A stretch of 64,000 nucleotides of DNA from Pseudomonadales bacterium (lineage in GTDB: Bacteria; Pseudomonadota; Gammaproteobacteria; Pseudomonadales; M0112): assembly GCA_036568505.1 (NCBI GenBank), contig DATCSK010000028.1, positions 13,167 through 77,166 of the forward strand. Direction: 5' to 3'. Below are positions 48,331 through 56,020 of the stretch, one piece after another (position 1 is the stretch's first letter; every line of letters begins with the position of its first letter). The notes under the pieces are model-generated. The model had not been told where the DNA came from, did no database searches, and saw only the letters and a list, made by a program, of their open reading frames with translations. A program made the position numbers and the translations under genes.

Positions 48331-50337
48331 GTGAATCCATGGATTAAAAGACAGTTGGCGGGGATGGTGGATTTGACCCATACCCTGCACGACCGGTTAA
48401 TGGAATTGCCGAGAAATGCTCGGCAGATGCTTTTGTTGTCACTCGATTCCTTGTTTGTGCCTTTGTCCCTATGGGGCGCTTTGGTGCTGTCATCCGGCTC
48501 GCAAGCGGCGGTGATTGATAGCATCCATATTGTCGCGGCCGGCATTGCCTTGTTGTGCAGTGAATATATTTTCCTGCGCTTGGGTCTGTACCGTGCGGTG
48601 ATTCGTTACATGGGGCATCAAGCGATTGTTGCTATCGTCAAGGGCATCAGCCTGTCGACGGTCATTGCGGGTTTCACGGTTTGGGCGTTTACCGGGCAAC
48701 TATCGCTGCTGTTTTTGTTTCTGTACGGATGCCTTTCGTTTTTGTTGATTGGTGGTTCGCGCTTGATGGTGCGTGCGTGGTATCACTATCAGGTGGCGCG
48801 TGCAGCGGATAGCGTCATTATTTATGGTGCCGGCTCGGCGGGGCGTCAATTGTTGACGGCCTTGGTGCAGGGCGATGAATACCGCGCAGTGTGCTTTGTG
48901 GACGATGATCGCGCATTGCAGGGCAGTGTGATTCACGGTGTTTTAGTGCGCAGTCCAAACGATATCGCAAGCATCGTGCGCGAATTTTCAGTGGCACAGA
49001 TTTTGTTGGCCTTGCCTGCCACGGGGCGCAAACGTCGCCGTGAAATCATTAACCAGCTGATCAATCTGCCGGTGTATATACGAACGATTCCGGCATTTGC
49101 TGATTTGGTGCGTGGCGATCTGGATGTGCTGGATATTCAGGATATCGATCTTGAAGATTTATTGGGCCGCGATCCGGTGATGCCTCGTGAAGACTTGATG
49201 AAGTCGTGCATCGAAGGCCGCTCGGTATTGGTCACGGGCGCTGGCGGCTCGATTGGTGCTGAACTGTGCCGGCAAATTATGGAAGTGAATCCCCGGCGAT
49301 TGGTGATGGTCGAACAGTCGGAGTACGCCCTTTATCAAATAGAGCGGGAGCTGACGGATGTATTGCGTCATAGCGGCCGATCACTGGAATTGGTGCCTTT
49401 GTTGGCTTCGGTTCGTGATTACAAGCACATGCGGCGCATTCTGGAGGCATTCGATGTCGAGACGATGTACCACGCTGCAGCGTATAAGCATGTACCCATG
49501 GTGGAGTTCAATGCCATCGAGGGTGTTCGTAATAATGTTTTTGGAACGTACGCCACGGCCAAGGCAGCCATCGATGCCGGTGTTGGCGTATTTGTGTTGG
49601 TTTCAACGGATAAGGCCGTGCGTCCGGCAAATGTGATGGGCGCCTCCAAGCGCTTGGCAGAGGGTGTGCTTCAGGCCTTGTCCACGACTCAGGCATCGAC
49701 CAAGTTCTGCATGGTGCGATTCGGTAATGTGCTCGGTTCTTCTGGTTCGGTAGTGCCTTTATTTCGAGAGCAGATACAGGCCGGTGGGCCGGTGACGGTC
49801 ACGCATAAAGACATCATCCGTTATTTCATGACGGCACCAGAAGCGGCTCAGTTAGTGCTGCAGGCAGGAGCCATGGCACGCGGTGGTGACGTCTTTGTAT
49901 TGAATATGGGCGAACCAATCAGCATTTATGACTTGGCCTGCCGAATGATTCGCTTGATGGGTTATGAAGTCAAAACAGCTGAGCGAATGAGTGGTGACAT
50001 TGAAATTAAGGTGACGGGCCTGCGTCCGGGTGAAAAGCTCTATGAAGAGCTGGTGCTGGGTGAGAACGTGACATGTACCGGTCATCCCATGATCATGAGA
50101 GCGCATGAGCAATCCTTAAGTGCCGATGACATGGAGGCCTTGTTAGAGCATCTTCGCACGGCATGCGATGAGTATGATTGCGAAGCAGTGAGTGCCATAT
50201 TGCATGCATCGTGCGGCATTCGTGGCTCTTCCACGCAATCCGATCGCGTTTGGTCTATGTTGCACTCCAGTGCGGAGCAGCATCATGCTCATGATGCGAA
50301 TGTCACCGCGTTGTTTCCGCGAAATCGAAAAAATTGA
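48331..50337 (+). CDS. membrane-anchored nucleotide-sugar 4,6-dehydratase/epimerase (WbpM/CapD family)
   Basis: 668 aa with a GTG start. N-terminal TM helices are followed by IYGAGSAGRQL and VLVTGAGGSIGAELCRQI Rossmann motifs, then YHAAAYKHVPMVE and MGASKRLAE. Confidence 0.88.
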   Translation: MNPWIKRQLAGMVDLTHTLHDRLMELPRNARQMLLLSLDSLFVPLSLWGALVLSSGSQAAVIDSIHIVAAGIALLCSEYIFLRLGLYRAVIRYMGHQAIVAIVKGISLSTVIAGFTVWAFTGQLSLLFLFLYGCLSFLLIGGSRLMVRAWYHYQVARAADSVIIYGAGSAGRQLLTALVQGDEYRAVCFVDDDRALQGSVIHGVLVRSPNDIASIVREFSVAQILLALPATGRKRRREIINQLINLPVYIRTIPAFADLVRGDLDVLDIQDIDLEDLLGRDPVMPREDLMKSCIEGRSVLVTGAGGSIGAELCRQIMEVNPRRLVMVEQSEYALYQIERELTDVLRHSGRSLELVPLLASVRDYKHMRRILEAFDVETMYHAAAYKHVPMVEFNAIEGVRNNVFGTYATAKAAIDAGVGVFVLVSTDKAVRPANVMGASKRLAEGVLQALSTTQASTKFCMVRFGNVLGSSGSVVPLFREQIQAGGPVTVTHKDIIRYFMTAPEAAQLVLQAGAMARGGDVFVLNMGEPISIYDLACRMIRLMGYEVKTAERMSGDIEIKVTGLRPGEKLYEELVLGENVTCTGHPMIMRAHEQSLSADDMEALLEHLRTACDEYDCEAVSAILHASCGIRGSSTQSDRVWSMLHSSAEQHHAHDANVTALFPRNRKN

Positions 50338-50371
50338 ATTCATTGGCATTTTCAAGCGCAGGTAGTTTTTT

Positions 50372-51343
50372 GTGAAACGATTGATATTGACCGTTTTGGT
50401 TTCTGCGCTGCTGGCGGCTGCGTTTTATTTTCTGGTGCTAAAGGCGGTTGACCAAGAGGCGGTATTTTCAGCTATCCGTGAGCTGGATGTCGAGGCGTGG
50501 TTGGTTATTCTTTTTCTGTCGCTACTGAATTATGTTTTGCGTTTTGTGCGTTGGGATTTTTATATATTCCGCATCAGTCAGTGTCGCATCCCCAGGTTAA
50601 AGCATCTTGAGATTTATCTGGCCGGCTTTGCGCTGACCATCACGCCAGGTAAGGTGGGTGAAGCGGTGCGTGCGTTATACATGAAGCCGTATGGCGTCAG
50701 TTACCCGGTGAGTTTTTCGGCCTTGTTTGTGGAGCGGCTGGTGGATGTGATTACCGTGACGGTGTTGATGACATCCGCGGCTTTTGCGGTGCCATCGGTG
50801 CGTCCGTATTCTATCAGCGCCTTGATTGTGGTGGTGCTGTCGGTGTTGGCGATACGTAAAGGATATATCGAAGGTGTCCTCGGATTTTTCAGTGCCCGTG
50901 TATCGGGTCGCTGGCACAAGTTGTTGGCATCGTTGAATGAGATTATGGTGGGTGCCGCGCGTTTGCTGAAGACGCGTGTGTTGTATGCCGGATTGGCAAT
51001 AGGCGTTATTTCCTGGGGTGCCGAAGGGCTCGGTTTGTATTTGATTTTGAAATATTTGGGTGTTGAGTTTTCTTTGTCGCTGGCAGTGAGTATTTACGCA
51101 GTCTCTGTATTGGCCGGCGCGCTGTCTTTTATTCCGGGTGGCTTGGGTGCAGCGGAAGTGGTGATGTACAGCTTGTTGCATGTGCAGGGCGTCCCTGCGC
51201 CGGAGGCGGCGGCTGCAACGCTGATTTGCCGCATTGCGACACTCTGGTTTGCAGTGGTTTTGGGTATTCTTCCGTTGGCTCGGCTGGTGTCTTCGCATCG
51301 CATCAGTGATGAGGCATTAAAAGGATTTGGTCATGAGCGCTGA
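50372..51343 (+). CDS. flippase-like / lysylphosphatidylglycerol-synthase-TM-domain family membrane protein (UPF0104)
   Basis: 323 aa with about 8 TM segments. Contains LRFVRW, ITPGKVGEAVRA and FIPGGLGAAEVVM, which are typical of this family. Confidence 0.7.
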   Translation: MKRLILTVLVSALLAAAFYFLVLKAVDQEAVFSAIRELDVEAWLVILFLSLLNYVLRFVRWDFYIFRISQCRIPRLKHLEIYLAGFALTITPGKVGEAVRALYMKPYGVSYPVSFSALFVERLVDVITVTVLMTSAAFAVPSVRPYSISALIVVVLSVLAIRKGYIEGVLGFFSARVSGRWHKLLASLNEIMVGAARLLKTRVLYAGLAIGVISWGAEGLGLYLILKYLGVEFSLSLAVSIYAVSVLAGALSFIPGGLGAAEVVMYSLLHVQGVPAPEAAAATLICRIATLWFAVVLGILPLARLVSSHRISDEALKGFGHER

Positions 51344-52769
51344 TGCAATGCGTCCCTTGATTGTTGATATGGACGGCACATTAATTAAAACGGATATGTT
51401 GTTTGAGTCGTGCCTGCGCGCTATCAAACAAAGTCCGTGGGTCGTTTTTTTGTTGCCGTTCTGGTTGTTGCGAGGGCGAGCCGTCCTAAAAGCACGGCTG
51501 GCTGCCATGGGTAATATTGATGTCGCCGTGTTGCCGTTTTATGAGGATGTATTGTCATTTTTGCGAGAGCAAAAGCAACGGGGCAGGACCATTGTATTGG
51601 CAACGGCATCAACGAGTGAGCTGGCAGACCGGGTGGCCAATGAAGTCGGTTTGTTTGATGACGTAATGGCCAGTCATGCGGGGCTTAATTTAAAGAGTCG
51701 AGCAAAAGCCGCCGCCTTGGTTGATCGCTACGGCGAACAAGGTTTTGATTATGTGGGCAATGACAGTGCCGATTTTGCGGTGTGGCGTGTAGCGCATACG
51801 GCGCATGTGGTTAATGCGAGTGAAGGTTTTGCTCGTCGCGCCAGAGCATTGGCTGTTGAGGCAGGTGAGTGGTTTCTTGCCAAGCCGGTTTCGTTGCTGA
51901 CCTTGCTCAGGGCGCTCCGGGTGCATCAATGGGTCAAGAATGTGTTGGTTTTTGTGCCCTTGTTGATGGCGCATCGATTTCATGAGCCGCAACTGTTTAT
52001 TAAGGCGGCTCTGGCATACGTGGCCTTTTGTCTGTGTGCCTCCAGTGTTTATCTTTTGAATGACATGATGGATCTGGATGATGATCGTCATCATCGCAGC
52101 AAAAAGAATCGACCGATTGCGGCCGGAAGCTTTCCAATCATCGCCGCACTGTTGTTGTTTCCGGCCTTGTTTCTGGTTGGATTCGGCATGGCGGTCTTTC
52201 TGGTGTCGTTACCATTTGCCTTGTTATTAGGGCTCTACTATTTGCTGACCTTGGCGTACTCCTTTTCATTGAAGCGTTTGCTGATGGTTGATGTGGTGGT
52301 GCTGGCCGGTTTATACACCAGTCGTATTGCCGGTGGTGCATTGGCGATTGATGTCGATTTGTCCTTTTGGCTGATTACGTTTTCGGTCTTTATTTTCCTG
52401 AGCCTGGCCTTGGTTAAACGTTATGCCGAGTTGATTGTGTTGAAGGGCAGTGGCGCGGCTGAAATCAAAGGGCGCGGCTACAGTGTTGAGGATTTACCGA
52501 CCTTGCTGTCATTGGGTACGGCCAGTGCGTACTTGTCGGTTTTGGTGATGGCGTTGTATATCGATACGCAAAAAGTCGCTGAGCTCTACCGGCAGCCACA
52601 ATTTTTATGGTTGTTATGTCCGGTGATGCTGTACTGGGTGAGTCGGGTGTGGATGTTGACGCATCGCGGTCAAATGCACGATGACCCCATTGTTTTTGCG
52701 ATTAAAGACACGGTGAGCCGATACACCGCAGCCTGTATGGCGTTGATTCTTGTGTTGGCGAGTTGGTGA
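51333..52769 (+). CDS. HAD-phosphatase-like domain fused to UbiA-family polyprenyl-phosphate 5-phosphoribosyltransferase (Rv3806c-like)
   Basis: ATG 51333 follows AAGGA, while the track ORF starts at TTG 51327. N-terminal HAD motifs are VDMDGTL, LATAS and VGNDSAD. The C-terminal part has RVHQWVKNVLVFVPLL and LNDMMDLDDDRHHRSKKNRPIAAG (UbiA Asp-rich motif) and about 8 TM segments. Overlaps the upstream gene by 11 nt. Confidence 0.8.
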   Translation: MSADAMRPLIVDMDGTLIKTDMLFESCLRAIKQSPWVVFLLPFWLLRGRAVLKARLAAMGNIDVAVLPFYEDVLSFLREQKQRGRTIVLATASTSELADRVANEVGLFDDVMASHAGLNLKSRAKAAALVDRYGEQGFDYVGNDSADFAVWRVAHTAHVVNASEGFARRARALAVEAGEWFLAKPVSLLTLLRALRVHQWVKNVLVFVPLLMAHRFHEPQLFIKAALAYVAFCLCASSVYLLNDMMDLDDDRHHRSKKNRPIAAGSFPIIAALLLFPALFLVGFGMAVFLVSLPFALLLGLYYLLTLAYSFSLKRLLMVDVVVLAGLYTSRIAGGALAIDVDLSFWLITFSVFIFLSLALVKRYAELIVLKGSGAAEIKGRGYSVEDLPTLLSLGTASAYLSVLVMALYIDTQKVAELYRQPQFLWLLCPVMLYWVSRVWMLTHRGQMHDDPIVFAIKDTVSRYTAACMALILVLASW

Positions 52770-54076
52770 TGCCCGCATTTTGTTCATGGGGAAACTATCC
52801 GGCAACGGCACAGCATGGCGTGTTGTTGGCCAATCGGCACAGTGCGTTGCCCGTTGATCAGGGGTCTTTGTTGCCGTTCGGTAATGGCCGCAGTTACGGC
52901 GATGTGTGCCTTAATCCGGGTGGGGCAGTTGTTGGCAGTCGGCAACTTAACCGTTTTATGGCATTTGATGAGAGTAGCGGTGTTTTGCGTTGCGAGGCGG
53001 GCATTCTGCTGGCCGATATCCTGCATTGCTTTGTGCCCAAAGGCTGGTTTTTGCCCGTGACGCCCGGCACCAAGTACGTCAGCGTGGGCGGTGCGATTGC
53101 CAATGACGTGCACGGGAAAAACCATCATGCCGTCGGCACTTTCGGTTGTTTTGTGGAAGGGTTTGAATTATTGCGAACCGACGGTTCGCGACAGTATTGC
53201 AGCCTGCAACAAAACGAAGCGCTGTATCGGGCCAGTATCGGCGGCATGGGCTTAACCGGGTTTATTACATGGGCGGATATTCGCTTGCGTCGTGTCAGTG
53301 GCAGCACGATGAACGAAGAAACCATTCGGTTTTCACGTCTGGATGATTTTTTTAGTGTGTCGGCAGATTCCGCATCGCATGAATACACCGTGGCCTGGGT
53401 GGATTGTGCGGCAAGTGGCGAGAGTTTGGGTCGCGGCTTGTTTATGCGCGCCAATCATGCAGACACTGAAAACATTGCAGTGAAGGCAAAGCAGCGATCA
53501 CTCTCCGTGCCCGTTATGCCGCCGGTGTCATTGGTGAATAACTGGTCGCTGAGGGCTTTTAATGCACTGTATTATCGAGCGCCCCGGCAAAATCGTGTGT
53601 CGCGTCAGGTGCACTACGATCCTTATTTTTATCCGCTGGATAGCATTGCCAACTGGAATCGCATGTACGGTCCTAAAGGGTTTTTGCAGTATCAATGCGC
53701 GATACCCACGGACGCCGGCAAAGAAGCCATCCGGGCCATATTAAAGCGCATTGCAAACTCCGGTACGGGTTCATTCTTGGCCGTGTTGAAGGTGTTTGGT
53801 GATATTGCCTCGCCCGGGTTGGTGTCGTTTCCAATGCCTGGCGTGACGCTGGCTTTGGATTTTCCAAATCACGGCGAGAAGACGCAGATGCTGTTTAAGC
53901 GGTTGGATGAAATTGTTGATGCAGCGGGCGGTCGTTTTTATTCCGCAAAAGATGCGCATGTTTCGGCGCAGCAGTTTCAGGCGGCATACCCTGCATGGGA
54001 ACAGTTAGAAGCATTACGGGACCCTGGCATTATGTCGGGCTTTTGGGCGCGCGTATCAGGCAAGGCAGGAGATTAA
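52769..54076 (+). CDS. FAD-dependent oxidoreductase, DprE1-like (polyprenyl-phospho-ribose 2'-oxidase family)
   Basis: ATG 52769 overlaps the upstream TGA (TGATG). NGRSYGD and VSVGGAIANDVHGKNHHAVGTFG closely resemble the DprE1 signature as I remember it. Confidence 0.8.
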   Translation: MPAFCSWGNYPATAQHGVLLANRHSALPVDQGSLLPFGNGRSYGDVCLNPGGAVVGSRQLNRFMAFDESSGVLRCEAGILLADILHCFVPKGWFLPVTPGTKYVSVGGAIANDVHGKNHHAVGTFGCFVEGFELLRTDGSRQYCSLQQNEALYRASIGGMGLTGFITWADIRLRRVSGSTMNEETIRFSRLDDFFSVSADSASHEYTVAWVDCAASGESLGRGLFMRANHADTENIAVKAKQRSLSVPVMPPVSLVNNWSLRAFNALYYRAPRQNRVSRQVHYDPYFYPLDSIANWNRMYGPKGFLQYQCAIPTDAGKEAIRAILKRIANSGTGSFLAVLKVFGDIASPGLVSFPMPGVTLALDFPNHGEKTQMLFKRLDEIVDAAGGRFYSAKDAHVSAQQFQAAYPAWEQLEALRDPGIMSGFWARVSGKAGD

Positions 54077-54077
54077 T

Positions 54078-54815
54078 GTGGCAAACGTATTGGTGATCGG
54101 TGCAACATCGGCCATGGCCGAAGCGGCTATTCGTTTATGGGCCGAGCGGGGGGATGCGTTATTCCTTATTGGTCGGAACGCACAAAAATTGCAATCGATT
54201 GCCGATGATTGCCGTGTGCGCGGTGCCTCGCAGGTCACAACAGCCGCGGCCGATTTGAATGATTTTGCACAACATCCACAGCTCATGCAGTCAGCCTTTG
54301 ATGCCTTGGGTTCAGTGGATGTGGCCTTGATTGCACACGGCACCTTGGGCGATCAGCAGCAGTCGCAAGCGAGTTATGCCGCAGCGATGAATGACATCAA
54401 CAGCAACGCGTTGAGCGCTATTTCATTGCTGACGGATTTGTCCAATCGGCTGGAAGCGCAAGGCAGTGGCACGATTGCGGTGATCACCTCGGTTGCCGGT
54501 GATCGCGGGCGTCAATCGAACTATGTGTATGGCAGCGCGAAAGCCATGGTGAGTGTGTTTTTGGCGGGTTTGCGTAATCGCTTATTCAAGCGCGGCGTGC
54601 ATGTATTGACGATCAAGCCCGGTTTTGTGGATACGCCGATGACGGCGCATTTAAAGAAAGGCCCCTTGTGGGCCAGTGCAGCTACCGTTGGCGCCGGGAT
54701 TGTGAATGCCGTGGATAAAAAACGGAATACGGTCTATTTGCCAGGTTTTTGGTGGTTGATCATGCAGGTGATCCGCCATATTCCGGAGTGTGTTTTCAAG
54801 CGATTGAGTCTTTGA
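54078..54815 (+). CDS. SDR reductase, DprE2-like
   Basis: 245 aa. The GTG start lies 1 nt after the upstream TAA. Contains VLVIGATSAMAEAA and YGSAKA (YxxxK). Its size and position after the DprE1-like gene match the DprE1/DprE2 pairing. Confidence 0.75.
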   Translation: MANVLVIGATSAMAEAAIRLWAERGDALFLIGRNAQKLQSIADDCRVRGASQVTTAAADLNDFAQHPQLMQSAFDALGSVDVALIAHGTLGDQQQSQASYAAAMNDINSNALSAISLLTDLSNRLEAQGSGTIAVITSVAGDRGRQSNYVYGSAKAMVSVFLAGLRNRLFKRGVHVLTIKPGFVDTPMTAHLKKGPLWASAATVGAGIVNAVDKKRNTVYLPGFWWLIMQVIRHIPECVFKRLSL

Positions 54816-54816
54816 T

Positions 54817-55776
54817 ATGGCGTGTATTGATATTTTTAATGGCGATGCCGACGGCATTTGCGCGTTGCTGCAATTGCGTTTGGCCCAACCGGTGCAGAGC
54901 CGCTTGGTCACCGGCGTGAAGCGTGATATTGAATTGGTGGCATCAGCCGACATCCAATCCGGCGATCAGGTCACGGTGTTGGATATTTCACTCGATAAGA
55001 ACCGCGATGCGGTGATGGCGGCATTGAACCTGGGTGCCAGCGTATTGTATGTCGATCATCATTTTGCGGGTGATATTCCCAAGCATCCGCAATTGAGGGC
55101 ACGCATCAATACGGCTGCTGAGGTGTGCACCAGTTTGTTGGTGAACGGAGACTTGAAAGGAAAGTATGCCCATTGGGCCGTAGTGGGTGCATTTGGCGAT
55201 AATCTGGATGCCAGCGCTGCTGCATTGGCGCGTCAATTAACCTTGAGTGCACCGGACATGGCGGCTTTGCGCGAGCTGGGTGTTTTGGTGAATTACAACG
55301 GATACGGTCCCTCCTTGGAAGACCTGCATTTTCATCCGGCCGAGTTGTACCGCGAGCTGTACGCCATTGGTGATCCGTTATTGGTGGTGCAAGGTCAATC
55401 ACCGACTTTTTTGCGCCTTAAAAATGGATACGATGCTGATTTCGATGCGGTACGGGCCTTGTCACCGGTCATGCAAACCGAGCGGTTGGGGGTTTATGTT
55501 TTGCCGGATCAACCGTGGGCGCGTCGCATCAGCGGTGTGTTCAGTAATGATTTGACCAATCAAGCGCCCGATCGTGCGCATGCGGTGCTGTCGGCCAAGC
55601 CTGAAGGTGGTTATGTCGTGAGCGTGCGTGCGCCCTTGAATCGCCGCGAGGGCGCCGATCAACTGTGCCGCCGTTTCCCGACGGGCGGCGGGCGTGCCGC
55701 AGCAGCAGGGATCAATCACTTGCCGGACGATCAGCAAGAGGCGTTCCTGCAAGCGTTTGCTGAAAACTATGCATGA
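54817..55776 (+). CDS. DHH/DHHA1-family phosphoesterase-like protein
   Basis: 319 aa. The ATG lies 1 nt after the upstream TGA. DHH motifs by eye are NGDADGICA (I), VLDIS (II), YVDHHF (III) and TGGGRAAAAG (DHHA1 GGGH-like, with R for H). Confidence 0.65.
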   Translation: MACIDIFNGDADGICALLQLRLAQPVQSRLVTGVKRDIELVASADIQSGDQVTVLDISLDKNRDAVMAALNLGASVLYVDHHFAGDIPKHPQLRARINTAAEVCTSLLVNGDLKGKYAHWAVVGAFGDNLDASAAALARQLTLSAPDMAALRELGVLVNYNGYGPSLEDLHFHPAELYRELYAIGDPLLVVQGQSPTFLRLKNGYDADFDAVRALSPVMQTERLGVYVLPDQPWARRISGVFSNDLTNQAPDRAHAVLSAKPEGGYVVSVRAPLNRREGADQLCRRFPTGGGRAAAAGINHLPDDQQEAFLQAFAENYA

Positions 55777-55799
55777 CACGGCCGCGTTCCGACGATCAA

Positions 55800-55833
55800 T
55801 AAAAAAGGCTGTCATTTCTGACAGCCTTTTTTA
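55800..55833. terminator. bidirectional intrinsic terminator (polysaccharide operon / tRNA-Asn)
   Basis: AAAAAAGGCTGTCA-TTTC-TGACAGCCTTTTTT. Confidence 0.88.
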
Positions 55834-55839
55834 TTTAAG

Positions 55840-55915
55840 TGGCTCCGCCTGCTGGGCTCGAACCAGCGACCCATTGATTAACAGTCAATTGCTCTACCAA
55901 CTGAGCTAAGGCGGA
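55840..55915 (-). tRNA. tRNA-Asn (anticodon GUU)
   Basis: 76 nt. The reverse complement is TCCGCCTTAGCTCAGTTGGTAGAGCAATTGACTGTTAATCAATGGGTCGCTGGTTCGAGCCCAGCAGGCGGAGCCA, with anticodon loop CTGTTAA. Confidence 0.95.
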
Positions 55916-55926
55916 ACGAGGCGCGT

Positions 55927-55955
55927 ATCTTAATGGCCGAGTGCGGGGGGGTCAA
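55927..55955 (-). promoter_or_regulatory. sigma70-type promoter for tRNA-Asn
   Basis: The minus strand reads TTGACC-N17-TAAGAT. The -10 element ends 11 nt before the tRNA 5' end. Confidence 0.5.
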
Positions 55956-56020
55956 CCGGAATTGGCGGTGAATGTTGCAGGGCAGTACCATGGTCGGTTC
56001 TGCACAGGGTAGATGTCGGG

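Noticed and set aside
47255-55915. Classical tRNA-associated genomic island at tRNA-Asn
   Set aside because: No integrase, transposase or phage genes are present, and I did not spot a direct repeat of the tRNA-Asn 3' end. The locus position matches a conserved polysaccharide locus, so variable-locus replacement is more likely than site-specific integration. An exhaustive repeat search was not possible by eye.
55916-56020. LexA/SOS box upstream of uvrB
   Set aside because: I looked for CTG-N10-CAG in the spacer and found no convincing match. The region is instead explained by the divergent tRNA-Asn promoter. I cannot exclude a divergent SOS-box type.
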